Below are positions 12,400 through 25,839 of a stretch of 64,000 bases of DNA, in pieces. The first letter of the stretch is position 1. The number at the start of each line of letters is the position of its first letter. Made by a program: the position numbers and the translations under genes. The notes below the pieces were generated by a model. That model made no database searches, was not told the DNA's origin, and was given only the letters and a program-made list of their open reading frames with translations. Origin of the DNA: Vitrella brassicaformis CCMP3155 (taxonomy: Eukaryota > Protista > Chromerida); assembly GCA_001179505.1 (NCBI GenBank), contig CDMY01000047.1:124001-188000 (forward strand). Reading direction: 5' to 3'.

Positions 12400-14324
12400 T
12401 ACCACTAGCTAGCTAGTATTATGATCCATCCATCCATACGCTGGTTGTTTGTGTTGCCTTTGCTGCTGATAAGGTGTGGTTTGTGTGGTGGGTGGTTTGT
12501 GTGGATGTACAGGGGGCAATACGGGCGGGGGGCAGCTGGTTGTGGATACACAGCACCCATCGCATCGCAGCGATCGAGGGAGGGCTGTGACTAGCGTAGA
12601 CAGAGAGAAACAGAGAGAGAGAGAGAGCCCTGAGTGTTGTGGATAGACAGACAGCGAGCGACAGGATCATACATGTTTGCTGCGGGCGTCATTTCGAGGC
12701 GAGAGTAGGCGAGAGTTCGGTTGACGAGTCGATTGATTGTACGAGAAAGGGGGCATTCATTCAAAACGGACGGACGGCTGCACGCATGCATCGATGGGCG
12801 TGGCATGCGCCGCTCGAGTCAGTCAGTCAGTCAGAGTTTGGACGGACACAAACCCATAAGTAGTACTGAATAGAATAGAAGGGTGCGGTGCGATCAACCA
12901 TGCCGCCACCACACCAGGACATGCACACATACATGCACACATGCCATGCCGTGCAGACGCCTGCCTTGTCTTGTCTGTCGACACACACTGTCTGTCAGCT
13001 GGTGCCGACGCGGGTGTCGGCCCGCCCGGACCGGATGCACCTCCCTCTCCAGCCAGCTCGGGCTGGGCTAGATCGGCGGCGGACATCACATCCACCTCCG
13101 CTGGCACACCAACACAGTCAACTCAGTCAGTCAACTAAACGCACGCACGCCTCACTCACCATTACGGCCGTCAGTCAGTCAACCTGCTCGTGCTGTCCAG
13201 CGATTCGCCGCCCAGGTTCTAGAAGACTGTCTGCTCAGCCAGCACCGGCTGCCACCATTATTCCGTAATGGCGCAACACGGTGCGGCCACCAGCGGCAGC
13301 ACACTCACCATGCCAATCACTGGCAGGCAGGCAGGCAGGCAGTCATCGACTCCACGAATCAGTCAGTCGGTCGGCTCACGGCGAGTCAGTTATCCAGCCA
13401 TCCATCCATCCAGCCATCCAGCCATGCAGGCGCACACACATGTGGAGGAGACAGGCGGAGGGCGTGTGGATGTGTCAGTGTGTCAATTAGTGAGTGAGTA
13501 GAGTGGGTGGGTGGGCGGTGCGGTGCATCCTATCCTTGCACACATGATGCATGATGCGATGGATGACTGGATGGGTAGCTGGGGTGGGTGGGTGGGTGGC
13601 TAGATGGCTACAGGGCAGGTCCTCGATCCGATCGAGGGCGGACAACACAAGACGGCCCACCCATCACGGACGGACCACATGCGTGTCTGTCTCTCTGGCT
13701 GCCGGTTCCTCCTTCACTCTCTCCCTCCCTCCCCGCCTGTCTGTCTGCAGGTCACTGTGTCTGTCAGGTGAGTGAGCACACACACACGCGCTCACGCACA
13801 CACACTCACACGCACGCTCGCAACCACACAAGACGACGACCGTTGCACATTGCCTTGATCCATAGTGGCTGAATAGGTCCGTAATCAGGCAGGCAGGCAG
13901 GCAGGCAGACACGCGCTCTCTGTCCTTCCGTCTGTTCCCTTCCCTTAACAAAACTCTGGGCTGTGTGTGTGTGTGTGGCTTAGCGGGTGGGTGGGTGTGA
14001 GTGAGGTGGGTAAAAAAATCATGAGCATGGCGTGGCGTGGGGTGGGATGTCATGTCATCAGCTGATGTGATGTGGTGGCATGGCATGGCATGTGTGTCAA
14101 TGAGCGACAAGGAAGGAATCGAATCCCCCGCCCTTTCCCCCCACTGCTCTTCGTGTGCAGACAGACAGACAGACAGACAGACAGAGAGAGAAGACGACCA
14201 GTCAGGGAAAAGGAAATCGGCCACACACCACACTCGTCCATTCATCCATCCATCCACTCAGGCAGGCAGGCAGGAAGTCGAACAGGCGGAAGGCATCCAC
14301 TCACACACGGACACACATACACCC

Positions 14325-14355
<31 letters not shown>

Positions 14356-14600
14356 AGCAGGCGACGGACATCCAGACACGCCAAGCGGCGCGTGGACACC
14401 AGCATTTACAGACAGGCAGACAGACAGACAGACAGACAGCGAGAGAGAGAGCCAACCAGCCAGCCAACCAACCAAGAAAGTAATGTAAGCAACCAGGGGT
14501 CCTTCCTTCTAGGTACAGTTACAACACTTACAAAACAGCCGGAGAAGACGAGACAAGAGAGGAAAAGTTGGATGGATGTCATCTGAGTGGGTGGTCTGTC
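12400..14600. repeat. Microsatellite-dense convergent intergenic/3'UTR region: (acag)n, (ac)n, (ggca)n, (ccat)n, (ag)n
   Basis: Directly visible simple repeats, e.g. (acag)n near 14160 and 14410, (ggca)n near 13321 and 13890, (ac)n near 14320. No coherent coding signal. Confidence 0.8.
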
Positions 14601-14647
14601 TATGAGTCTAGTATCGCCCGCCCAGCTGCGGCAGCCAGCGAATCCCC

Positions 14648-17385
14648 TCAGGGCGATGAGGATGACGAGGACGCCGAGGGCTCCTCGTTGAGGAGGGCGC
14701 GGGGCGCCATGTGGGGGCGGATGTCGACGGTGGCGTTGGTGTCGACGTAGTAGAGCATCATCGCTGTCCGCTGGCCCAGGTACTGACAGACAGACAGACA
14801 CCATCACACAACACAACACAACACCACACAGACACACACAGAGAGAGAGAGAGAGAGATCTATGTCTGACGGATGGTGTGTGTGGTTGGTTGATCTGATC
14901 TGTACCTACCTGGTCCTTGCGCAGCGGGTGTGGCGACACGCTCGTGTCGTTGAATTGGTACCTGAAGGAAAGGAAGGCCACACACGACACACACGACACA
15001 CAGCACACAGCACCGACCACAATGACACACGAACACATTGATGCCCGTCCATGGAGTGCGGTGCGCGTGTGTGATGTGTTGTGTGTGGTGCTTACCACTC
15101 GTTGTTGGCGCCATAGCGGCACATGGCGCGGTAGTGGCCCGAGTTGACACGCTGCCCGTCGTGGGCGATGAGGCCCACCAACTCGTAGGTCGGCACCTCG
15201 TACTTGGACAGAAACGACCTGCACGGACACACACACCACACACACACCACAGGCGACAGACAAATGCAAAAGTTGATGCGATGGATGGATGGATGAATGG
15301 ATGGATGGAGACCAGTCTGTGTGTGTGTGTGTGTGTGTGTGTCCTCCGTGATCCCACTCACTTGGTGAGCCACTTCTTGGAGATGACGAGTTTCTCCGGG
15401 TAGGCCACCATGTGCTCCAGCTGCCAGCACAGCACAGCACAACCAACCAACCACCACACCACAAAGTGTTCATTCTCCCTCCCTCCCTCCCTCTCTCTCT
15501 GTGTGTCTGTGTGTCTGTCTGTCTATCGTACCTTCTTGCTTGCGCCCGTGAATTTGTTGAAGCGGTATCGCTTCAGGTGCAGGATGAGGATCGGCCTCAG
15601 CTGGTCGAAGAGGCACTGCGTCTCGGCCGTCTTCTGACGGTGGCCGGAGTCGTCCTCATCCTACACACACACCACACACCACACGCGCACACGCCACACA
15701 CACAGACAGACATAATGAGAAACACACAATGGCTGGAGGGTGGATGTGTGTGCGTGTGTGTGTGTCTGTGTGTGTGTGTGTGCTTACGATGCACTCTTCA
15801 AAGGAGCACCAGGCGTCGAGTGCCTTGACCAGCGTGTCGTAGCCGTCCACCGGCACGTCGAGGATGTTGAAGTGCTCGATGACGGCCGACTCACGGTGCT
15901 GGCCCTTGAGCATGTAGCTGTCGCGCTGGTACGTGCCTCCAAACATCCTGCAGCCATCCACAGGACATGACATGACATGACACACAGCAGATGTGTGTGC
16001 GGGTGGGTGTGCGGACAGCACATACACTTGGTGCCCACCGGCGCACAGGCGAGTCGTAGTTGTCGACTCCCAGGCGGATGTCCTTCTTGCGGCCACGGCG
16101 GTCGGTCTGCATTAAGCGCACACACACACACACGCGCATTGGTAGGGTATGTGCGTCATGCTTGGCTAACTGCTTGTGTATGTGTGTTGGAGGGGGGGGG
16201 AGGGGTTTGGGTGGATGGCTTACGTGGCACCACCCGTCCTCATCGGCGCCCTTGACGTTTTTGGCCCGCTGCATGAACTTGCACTCCTCGTGCAAGTGCT
16301 CCAAGATGAAGAGGAAGAACTCAGCGGCGTCCTGCTGACGCCCTGCACACACAACAGACCACACACCACACAGCACACACCACACAGCACGCCAAGAAGG
16401 ATAAGACATCCACCGACCCACCCATCCCATCTGTCTGTCAGTGTGTGTGTGTGTGGTGTGGCGTACCGTGTTTCGGCTCGGTGATGAACTTGAGCCATTT
16501 GTCGAGGACCACGCCCGCCACGTCCTTGGTGTCGAAGGGGTTGCTGTTGGCCTTGCGAGTGGTCGTCACGCCAGCGCCGCCCCACGCAGCTGCATTGCAC
16601 ACATCACATCACATCACATCACACACACATGACATTGCACACTGTGCGTGTGATGTGGTGTGTGTCGTGGAGGGTGGGTGGCTGACCCTTTGACGTGTCG
16701 ATGGGCTTTGGCTTCTTCCAGTCTTGGAAGAAGTTCTCGCACAACGCCCGGATGGCCCGGTGGAAGGTGCGGCCACCCCGCCGCTCTTCAGCCTGAGTGA
16801 TGCGAGGGAGGAAGAAAGATATCAGAGATGAGCAGGGTGGCCAACACACACGAGGGTGGAAGCGATGGAAGCGATGCACTCACTGGTGTGTGTGTGCATG
16901 GTGTGTGGTGGGCAGCATACCACGTCGCACTGCTTGAGGAACTCGACGAAGAGGCTCAAGGGGCAAATGTTCTGGACCACCTGCACAGCACATTCGCGCA
17001 GCACAGCAGGGGCATGCGCGTTCATATGCATGTGTGTGGCTGGGTGGGGTGGTTTCTGTCCATGTTTGTGTGTGGGGGGGGNNNNNNNNNNNNNNNNNNN
17101 NNNNNNNNNNNNNNNNNNNNNNNNNNNNNNNNNNNNNNNNNNNNNNNNNNNNNNNNNNNNNNNNNNNNNNNNNNNNNNNNNNNNNNNNNNNNNNNNNNNN
17201 NNNNNNNNNNNNNNNNNNNNNNNNNNNNNNNNNNNNNNNNNNNNNNNNNNNNNNNNNNNNNNNNNNNNNNNNNNNNNNNNNNNNNNNNNNNNNNNNNNNN
17301 NNNNNNNNNNNNNNNNNNNNNNNNNNNNNNNNNNNNNNNNNNNNNNNNNNNNNNNNNNNNNNNNNNNNNNNNNNNNNNNNNGGGT

Positions 17386-17416
<31 letters not shown>

Positions 17417-20400
17417 ACCGAGTTGGAGTAGCAGAGGTTGGCATTGTTGACGAGGCCACGACGCACCCACTCAGTCGGTACCTGCACACAACCAACCAAC
17501 CAACCAGCGACACACACACACGAGTGACAGACAGAGTGAGATCGCCACGCTCTCGCCCACTGTGCTGTGGATGGGATGTCACATCACATCACATGACGTC
17601 ACCTACGTATGTGAAGACGAAAACGTGGTCAGTGATCTTGGCGCCGCCCGACTCACGGAGGTCCTTGAGGTAGGGGTAGGCCTCCATCAACTCGTGACGC
17701 TCCCACAACGCAACATACTGACACAACACAACACAACACAGACAATGGGTGCCCACACATTCCCTCTGTCCTCCTTGCCCACCGAGCCACCAACCCACCT
17801 CCTTGATTTTCTTGTCCGCCCGCTCACGACAGTGCTCCATCTCCGCCGTCAACACGTACGCCAAAGCAAGAGTCTGCGGCGCACCAGGGGGGATGTTGAG
17901 CTTGGCCAAAAACGCCAACAGCAACGTCTCGTCAACAATCGACACCAACTTGCCGTCCGCCAGCAACGACGCCTGCTGGCCACCCGACCCCCCACCAGCA
18001 GCGTCTGCTCCACGAGCCTCGTTGACCACCTCAGTGGTCTCCTCGCCCTCGCCCTCGGCCTCCTTGCCGTCGTCTGTGGTCTGGGGCTGTCGCGCGCTGC
18101 TGGCCTTGGGTGACGCCTCACTGGCCGGCGCAGATGAGACGGATGGGGCTGAGGGTGGCGGGGCAGCACTGGGAGGCTTCGGTGAGGACTCCGACGGGGC
18201 CGACTCGTCCTCGTGAGATGGTGGCTTGTCGTGGGTGCTGGCGGCCTTCTTGCCCTTCTTGCCCTTCTTGCCGTGGGTCACCTCCACCCACCCGTCATCA
18301 AACGGCGTGGGCTTCTCATCAGCCTTGACCTCCTCCTCCTTCTCCTTGCCCTCTGCCACCACTGCCGCAGGAGTGACCTCTGCTGGCGCGGCGTCCTCAG
18401 CAGCAGCAGCAGCCGTGTTGGGCGTCGGCACATCGACTGGCGGCTTGGTCTCGTCGGCGGACGGCTCGGCGTCGGCCTCGTGGGCAAGTGCAGGTGGGGG
18501 AGCAGGGGAGGTGTCGTCTTGGGCAGGGGCGGGGGTGGGGGAGGCACCGTCGTGGGTGGGTGATTCGGTGCTAGCGTTGGTCTTCTTCTTCTTGTTCTTG
18601 CGCTTCTTCTTCTTGCCCCCGCACCCCTCCTGCTGGTTGTCCTTTGAGTCCTCCTCGGCCTTCTCCTCAGTCACGGCTTCCTCCCCTTCCTCCTTGGTGC
18701 CGTCGATAGCGGCCGCCCCATCACCCTCAGCACTCTTGCCCTCGCCGCCTGGGCCATCCTCCTTAGACCCCTCGGTCACGACCTCTTCACGCACTGCTGC
18801 AGCTGCGTCGTCGTCCCCCTCGGCCTCATTGGTCTCCTCGACACGGGGCGACGCCTCCTCCTTCTCGACGACCGGCTCAGGGGCAGCCTCGGCCTCGCCC
18901 TCAGGGGAAGCAGCAGCGGGCTCGCGGGCCTGGTCGGCAGTAGTGACCTCTGCTGGCGCTGGTGCGGCTGATGCAGCTGCTGGTGCAGGGGCGTCGTCAG
19001 CGTCTCCGGTGGCTGGGGTTTCCTGCTGTCCAGCTGCCGCTTCCGCCTCCTTGCGGGCTTTCTTCTTCGCCCGGCGCCTCGCCGACTTGGACGGCGTCGA
19101 AGCGGCAGCTGCCGCAGCGGCAGGGGCCGCGGGGGATTCGCCGACCTCGCCCATCCCAGCCTCTCCCTCTCCCTCTCCCCCTCCCTCTCCCTCTCCCTTG
19201 TTGGCCTCTTGCTCCTCGACCGTTGGCTGCGATGGTGCGGCAGCGTCCTGCACGATCTCATGTGTGGCTGCGCGGGTAGATGACACTGGCATTGAGGGAG
19301 ATGACTGGACTGTGCTTGGCTGAGCGGCCGCAGCAGCCGCAGCAGCCGGGGAGGGATCAGCGTCGGCAGCTGGTGGGGCCGTGTCTTGAGTCGATGTCTT
19401 GTCGCCCTTGCCCTTCTTGCTCTTCTTCTTGTTCTTCTTCTTGCCGCCAGCCTCGGTCCAGCCCGGCTCTCCTGCCGTGGCTGCTGAGCTTTTGGGGTCC
19501 TGGTTGGCGGCCGAGGGCGGCTGAGGGTCCGCTGGGGGCGTGACGGGCGGCTCGATCGACGGCTGCTGTGAGGGGGGTGACGGTGATGGGGATGGTGAGG
19601 GAGGCTGCGACTCCGGCTGGGGCGATGACGGAGGCTTCTCGAGGTGGGCGCCCTTCCTCTCGTCAACTCGCCGCAGCACCTCCTGGCGCGCCTCGGGCGT
19701 CCGGTCACCTCTCGACTTGTCGTTGGCGACATCGCCCGCCCCACCAGACGACGCCTCGCTCTCGCTGTCTGACTTGTCGCTGTCGATGAAGCCCGAGAAG
19801 GGGTTATCCGCCAGTTTCTTCTTGGCGCCCTTGGTGGGTGACGCTGACGAGGTGAAGCGCACGGGAGGTGACTGGCATCTGGCCTTGCGCCGCAGCGACG
19901 ACACGTCCACCCAGCCGTCAGCATTCGTGGCACGCTCACGCTGGGTGGCGCGGGCCGGCAGCTGCAACTGGGTAGACGTAGGGGGTGACTCAACCTGACG
20001 GACGGACAAAGGGGAGATGGAAGAAAAGAGAAACAGTGAGAGGAATCAGCAAAGCGTGTCGGTCTGCACGGTGTGCATGTGTGTGTGTGTATGTGTGTGT
20101 CCGTACTTGCTCTTCCTCTTGTTCAGCCTCTTCGGCTTGCTCCTCGTCCACATGGCCATGGCCGCTATCCTCCTCCAGTCCTCCCTCGGTCTGATCCTGG
20201 GGCTCCTCGACACCGACCTGTCTCTCCTCGACGCCCTCTCCAACCTCTTCAGCAGCCTGCTCGCCGTCAGCACCATCCCTGGCCTCTCCTTGGCCCCCTG
20301 CCACCTCATTCGAGCCAGGACTCGCCGACACGACCACCTCTTCAATCGGCCCCTCATCGGCAGCCGCCTCCTCCCCTGGGGCACACGACTCAGCCGCTGT

Positions 20401-23400
20401 GGCGTCGACAGCCTCGGGTACGGGTGGGGGCTGGGTGTCAGCGGCCTCTATCGGGGCCGCTTCTGTGTCGGTATTGTCCTGGGATGGTGCAGCAGGCGGC
20501 GCAGCGGGTGGGCTGGCAGCAGGTGGGTTTGTGGCTCCGTCGTCCGCAGGGGGAAGCATCCACGATGATGGGCGCTGGGAGTTGTTGTTGGTGTGGCTGT
20601 TTGCGGGGGGAACCGACGACCCGACAGACCGACCTGCAGCGCAGCAAGGAAGACACACCCACACATGGATGGATGAATGGATGAGCAGGTCGTTCAGTCA
20701 AAGCCTGCTCACCTTGAGTACTAGCAGACGCGCGCTGCTGGGGGGGCACCGATCGCATGCCACCTTCAGAGCGGGCGCACTCGCGGGCCAGGGCGGCCTC
20801 CGCAACACCGTCCCCACCATCAGCCACCCCCCGTCCGCGGCCTCGATTTCTCCTTCGGCCGCGCCCGCCGCCAGGCCCAGTGCTCGAGGTGCCCGCACTG
20901 ACCGCCACACGCGCACGAGTCGAGCACACATTCCCAAGCGCGTCGATCTGACAATACACAGACAGGCACAGACATACCACACCACACACGACACATGAGA
21001 CGGACTGACATGCCCACCATCCTCCCTCCCATCCATCCATCCATCCATCCGCTCCTCTCACTCACCTCGTCAAATTGCCCGGTCCGATCCACGGTGGCCT
21101 TGACGCCCACAGGCGGGGTGGGGGCGTTGGAGGCCGAGGCTCCGTTGGCGCTGTCGCCGCTGCCCTTCTGCAACAGATGCATCGACGACCCCTGGGACAT
21201 TGTCTCAGACGACGCAGCCGGGCTGGGCTCGGGTGACCTCGCTGGCGGCACGCGTACCTCGGGCGGTGTCGTCGTCAGCCCACCCTCCTCGACGCGACCC
21301 GCGGGGCGACCGGTGGCTGTCGTGGTGTCCCGAACAGAGATGGGGCCGGGGGATGGCTCATACCCCGGTGCTGCGGCTGCTGGGGCTGCTGAAGCTGCAG
21401 CTGCAGCTGCGGCAGGCTGTGCCTCGGACTCTGCCGATTGGGACTGCGATGGCGGGGTGGGTGTCTGCTGGGGCTGCTTGGTGGGCTTGGGGTCCTTGTC
21501 TTTCTTCTTCCAACGCAGTGGGCTCTCGCCGCCGTGGCCGTTGTGCGGTGGTTGGTGATGCTGACCGCCACGGCTGTGTGTGGGGTGGAAGTAGTTGTTG
21601 TCGCGGCCGCCCCTGCTGCCCCGATAGGGATTCCAGTGCCCCCCTCTGCCGCCGCCGTGAAAGCCCCTGTAGTCGCCATAGCCGCCGTGGCGATCGTTGA
21701 ACGCACCCTGACAACAAACAGGCCAACCAACCAACCAACCAGCCAACCAACCAACCAACCACACACATAAGCACATCCATGCCATGCCATGCATCATGTC
21801 CCATGGTGTGGGGGTGGGTGCGTGTGTGCAGCTGTTCTTTGCCGTACGTACCTGCTGCTGCTGGTGGTGGTAGTGGTTGTATTGATATTGCCTATTGAAG
21901 TAGTTGAAGTTCTCTGGCGACTGGCGTCCCCGGTAGGGCGGGGCGTCCCCCTCCCGCTGGTGCTGCCCATCCCGCCTGTTGCCGTGACCACCGCCCTCGT
22001 GCCACTGATGCTGTCGGCCCATACCCCCACCTCCAGCACCACCTCGACGAAACACCGGCCCTCGCTCCGGCTCACGGACGGGGCGAAATTGGGCTGGCCC
22101 TAGCTCCAACTCACGGTTCATCCCCGCCGCCACAGGGGCGTCACCCTCCCCAGGGATGGGGTACGCCGGGCGGTAGGCCGACACATTTTGATAGCCACCA
22201 TAGCCCGGATACTGTGGCTGTGGCAGCAACTGATGCTGAGAAGTTGCCGTGTAGCTGGTGTAGTGCTGCTGATGCTGCTGCTGCTGCTGATGTTGGTGTT
22301 GGTGCCGCTGGTGTGGGTGGGGCTGCAGCTGCTGGTGGGCCGGGCTGGGAGCGCCGTAGATGTTGTTGGCTGGCAGGTGTGGCTGCGGGCTGTGCTTGTT
22401 GGCCTGGTTGTTGGCGGCGGCACCGTTCAACACTTGTGGGCCGAAGGGGGGAGGGCACGCCGGCGGGACGAGCGCGTCGTTGCGGAGGCCGTGCTGCGAG
22501 TGGTGCGGTGCACCCATGTTGCCCTGGTAGCCATTCATGCCACTGAAGCCGCCCTTCTGGACCATAGATGGGTTCTGCAGCATCCCCATCTGCATGGCGT
22601 ATGGGTCGGCCGGCTGGGGAGGGGGCGGTGGGGGAGGGGGAGGCGACGCCATCGGCTGCTGATACAGCTGCGCATTCGACCCCCGGGCGCCCATCATGGC
22701 GGATTTGTTGTGGCGCGACGCGTCATGGATTGGTGGCGAGGGGACGAACTGTCCGTGAGGGCCGGGGAGGGGGCTGGGCGGCTGGAAGAAGTTCCCCTGT
22801 CCTCCTCTGAACGCCGTGGAGCCCATCATCTCCAGCGGCGGCTGCGCAAACCCGTTGAGGTTGGTCTNNNNNNNNNNNNNNNNNNNNNNNNNNNNNNNNN
22901 NNNNNNNNNNNNNNNNNNNNNNNNNNNNNNNNNNNNNNNNNNNNNNNNNNNNNNNNNNNNNNNNNNNNNNNNNNNNNNNNNNNNNNNNNNNNNNNNNNNN
23001 NNNNNNNNNNNNNNNNNNNNNNNNNNNNNNNNNNNNNNNNNNNNNNNNNNNNNNNNNNNNNNNNNNNNNNNNNNNNNNNNNNNNNNNNNNNNNNNNNNNN
23101 NNNNNNNNNNNNNNNNNNNNNNNNNNNNNNNNNNNNNNNNNNNNNNNNNNNNNNNNNNNNNNNNNNNGGGGGGGGGGGGAGGCTGCCACATGCCATCGCG
23201 ACCACCTTGTCCGGCCTGACAGGACAGGACACACAGACACCATGGGATGAGCGAAGTGGGTCCTTCTGACACCCCATGGATGACTGAGAGGCACTCCCTC
23301 CCCACCTCCCCATTCGGTGCATGAGCTTCGTGCGTGCGGTGTTCACCCACCCCCTCACCATCATGTGGGCGCCATGAGGCAGCTGTGCAGCTCCTGAGGG

Positions 23401-23427
23401 AGGTCCCTGACCTCCGTGGGCATGCAT
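14648..23427 (-). CDS. USP10: Ubiquitin-specific protease (peptidase C19), USP10/Ubp3-like, with a very long low-complexity N-terminus; spans two gaps
   Basis: Cys box RGLVNNANLCYSNSV, QQDAAEFFLFILEHLHEEC, DEDGW...SPVRRMFGG...ESAVIEHFNIL (USP10-like segment), LILHLKRYRF, His box YELVGLIAHDGQRVNSGHYRA and YQFNDTSV. Stop at 14648-14650. Joining the Q/P-rich and acidic upstream exons (17589-23427) to the catalytic part is inferred. Confidence 0.8.
17082..17381. other. Assembly gap (300 N)
   Basis: N run flanked by poly-G on both sides, apparently inside an intron of the USP gene. Confidence 0.99.
22868..23167. other. Assembly gap (300 N)
   Basis: N run followed by a poly-G tract. Confidence 0.99.
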
Positions 23428-23938
23428 GGGATGCGATGCCCTCGACAAACCGGACTACACGACACTTACTGTCGGTGTCTATTCAACTGAACGAGCCAGG
23501 TGGGTCACGGGGGGAGGAGGGGAAGAAAAAGGGGGAGGAAAGTGAGGAAAACACTTCTAAGCTCGCATTTCTGCGAGCTGGAGGATGCGCTCGTCTCTTT
23601 CTGATGGCTTAGACGTCGTCAGACCTGTCGTCCGATGATAGATCTCATGCCGGAAGCAGCCCGCTTTCAGCAGCGGGCAGATCTTGTTCATCCCTCATCG
23701 CCGCGCCGCATTGCATCGCTGCTGCTGGCGACAGGTGAGGACAGACAGACGGCCACGGAATCGCAGCATGAGCAGATTCATCTCATTGCAGCTGCGTGCG
23801 TGTGTGTTGCGTATTTGATCACCTGCAGTCGCATGTGGCCTCGTCGCCGCGTCAGCGTCGGACCATCGCCGCCCTGCCTTTGCGGTCCCCTCCCTCCCCC
23901 TCCAAAATGCACGCTCCGCCCGTCCCCGCCTCACCGCG

Positions 23939-25839
23939 ATGTCATCTTCCCCCAAGCAGCACACGGCCACATCGGGCCAGCAGCAGCAGCAGCAGCAAGA
24001 TGCATCGCTTTCCTTCAAGACCTCCTCCTCCTCAGCTGAGCCGAGTGACTTCCCCCTCCCCCGCGACCGCATGTTGGTGGACCCCGACGAGCAGTTCAAC
24101 GCGAGGCTGGCGCCCCCGCCCTCTCGCGGCGGAGTGGGCAAGGGGATTCTGGACCTGGACGGCTTCTTCCTCGAGATGGTGCGGCTGTCCCGGGCGGAGG
24201 TCAAGTTCCCCGAGTGGTTCCAGGTGCCGCTCATGCGCAATGCCTGGTCCAACTGCTCACAGCTCACCATACGGTCAGGCAGTGCAGTGCAGTAGGAGGG
24301 GGAGAGAGGGAGGAGGGGGAGGGGTATGTATCTTCGGGATTGATTGATGGATTGTGCGTGTCGTGTCGTGTGGTGTCGTGTATCTCGTGTATCAGGGCTG
24401 GTTTCATCCTGTTGTTCTTCAACGAGCTACTGGCGCGGAACTGGACCTTCCTCGCATCGTAAGTAGTTCGTTCGGGGGACTCAAATCAATCCTGCACACA
24501 CAGGCAATTCGTACGCCGTCCACTCATTTCATTCATCCCCTGGCTTTGGTTGTCTGTGTGTGTGTGTGTTTAGGTTTTGCGGTCTGCTTGTCTTCAGCCG
24601 CCGTGTGGGGGCGCCAGACTACGCATCGGCACTCGGAGGTAGGGGGGTCACCCCTCCATCCCATCACCCACAGCAGGCAGCAAAGGAAATGTATGAGCTA
24701 TGTCTGTGTGTGTCCGGTCAGCGATACTGGTGAGTGCGATCTTCCAGCCGCTGATAAGCGACTGCGCGGGTTTCGAGATCATCCTGCCGGCATCGCTCAT
24801 CGCACTGCCCTTCATCGTCTCGTTCGAGCGAATCATCGAGGGCGAACTGGAACTCAGAGGTGGGTCGGTCGCAGAGGAAGGAGGGAACCACACCATGGAG
24901 CTCTCTCTCTCTCTCTCTCTCTGCGTGTGTGTGTGTGTATAGAGGGTCGCCCGAACGAGCCCCGCAAGAAGGACGACCCGTGGGACATATGGCGGTATCT
25001 GCCCGTCACCAGAGAATCCACCATGACCGAACTCAGGAACTTCGTCAAGTCAGTCAGACAAGACACACAGCACACGGACACACACACCACCCATCCACTC
25101 ACCACCTCACCTGTGTGTCGTTGGCACCGCCCGGCTGCTTTGTTTTGCTTTGCAGGGCGAGCGGTATGGACGTCAAGACGGGCGGCAAGGGCCGGACCAA
25201 GCAGATGGTCTACAAGGACATACTCCAGAGCTACAATGCACAAGTCGCCGCCGCAAGGGCAGAAAACGAAAAGGTCACACACACCAGACAACGGACGGCA
25301 TCCTACCCACGAAAGCCGGCCCTCTTCCACTTCACAAGTTTGATTGATGTCTGCTGTGCAGGCGATGGAGGCGGATCGTCGCGCGAAGGTCGAGCGGCGC
25401 CAGTTTGAGCTGCAGCGACTGCGACAGGACTTCGATGAGCCGCCTCCCGTCACCACCACCACCGACACCACCACCATAGACACCGACACAATACACGAGC
25501 AGGAGCAGACCACCAACGCCGTATACGACCCTTCTTACCGGTGTGGTATACACAGCACCGGCAGACAGCACAAGGACCACACGGTTGGCGCACACGAGTG
25601 AGTAGTGTGGCTGTGCTGTGTGCATCAGCGATTGGGACAAGCGGTTCGTCCAGTCGGCCCCCAAGACACAAGCAAAGAAGAGCAGCAGCAGCAGCAAGAA
25701 GGGCCCGTCCAAGGATGCCCCCCCACCCTCCCTCCTGCAGCAAGACCAGCAGACGACCGTACTCACCCCCAACGACGCACCGGTTGTCGACCTGAGGTCG
25801 TCGACAGACAAGGGCTCGGAGGGCACACACATGGGGTGA
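23939..25839 (+). CDS. Hypothetical protein with hydrophobic segments and a small helix-extension-helix (SAP/HeH-like) motif
   Basis: Phase-consistent exons: ...AGFILLFFNELLARNWTFLASRRVGAPDYASALGAILVSAIFQPLI...; TMTELRNFVKASGMDVKTGGKGRTKQMVYKDIL; then a coiled/low-complexity tail. Stop at 25837-25839. Confidence 0.6.

Noticed and set aside
13590-13790. Splice-like signals (tgcag|...|gtgagt) in the VDL-USP intergenic region
   Set aside because: No coherent reading frame; could be a UTR or lncRNA intron but cannot be supported from sequence alone.
17034-17517. ORFs containing long X runs and poly-G/poly-P
   Set aside because: Artefacts of fixed 300-N gaps. The flanking G homopolymers probably caused sequencing dropout; any G-quadruplex role cannot be judged from truncated tracts.
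22000-22140. RELELGPAQFRPV as a PAM2 motif of the USP10-like protein
   Set aside because: Too poor a match to the LNxxAxEFxP consensus to claim.
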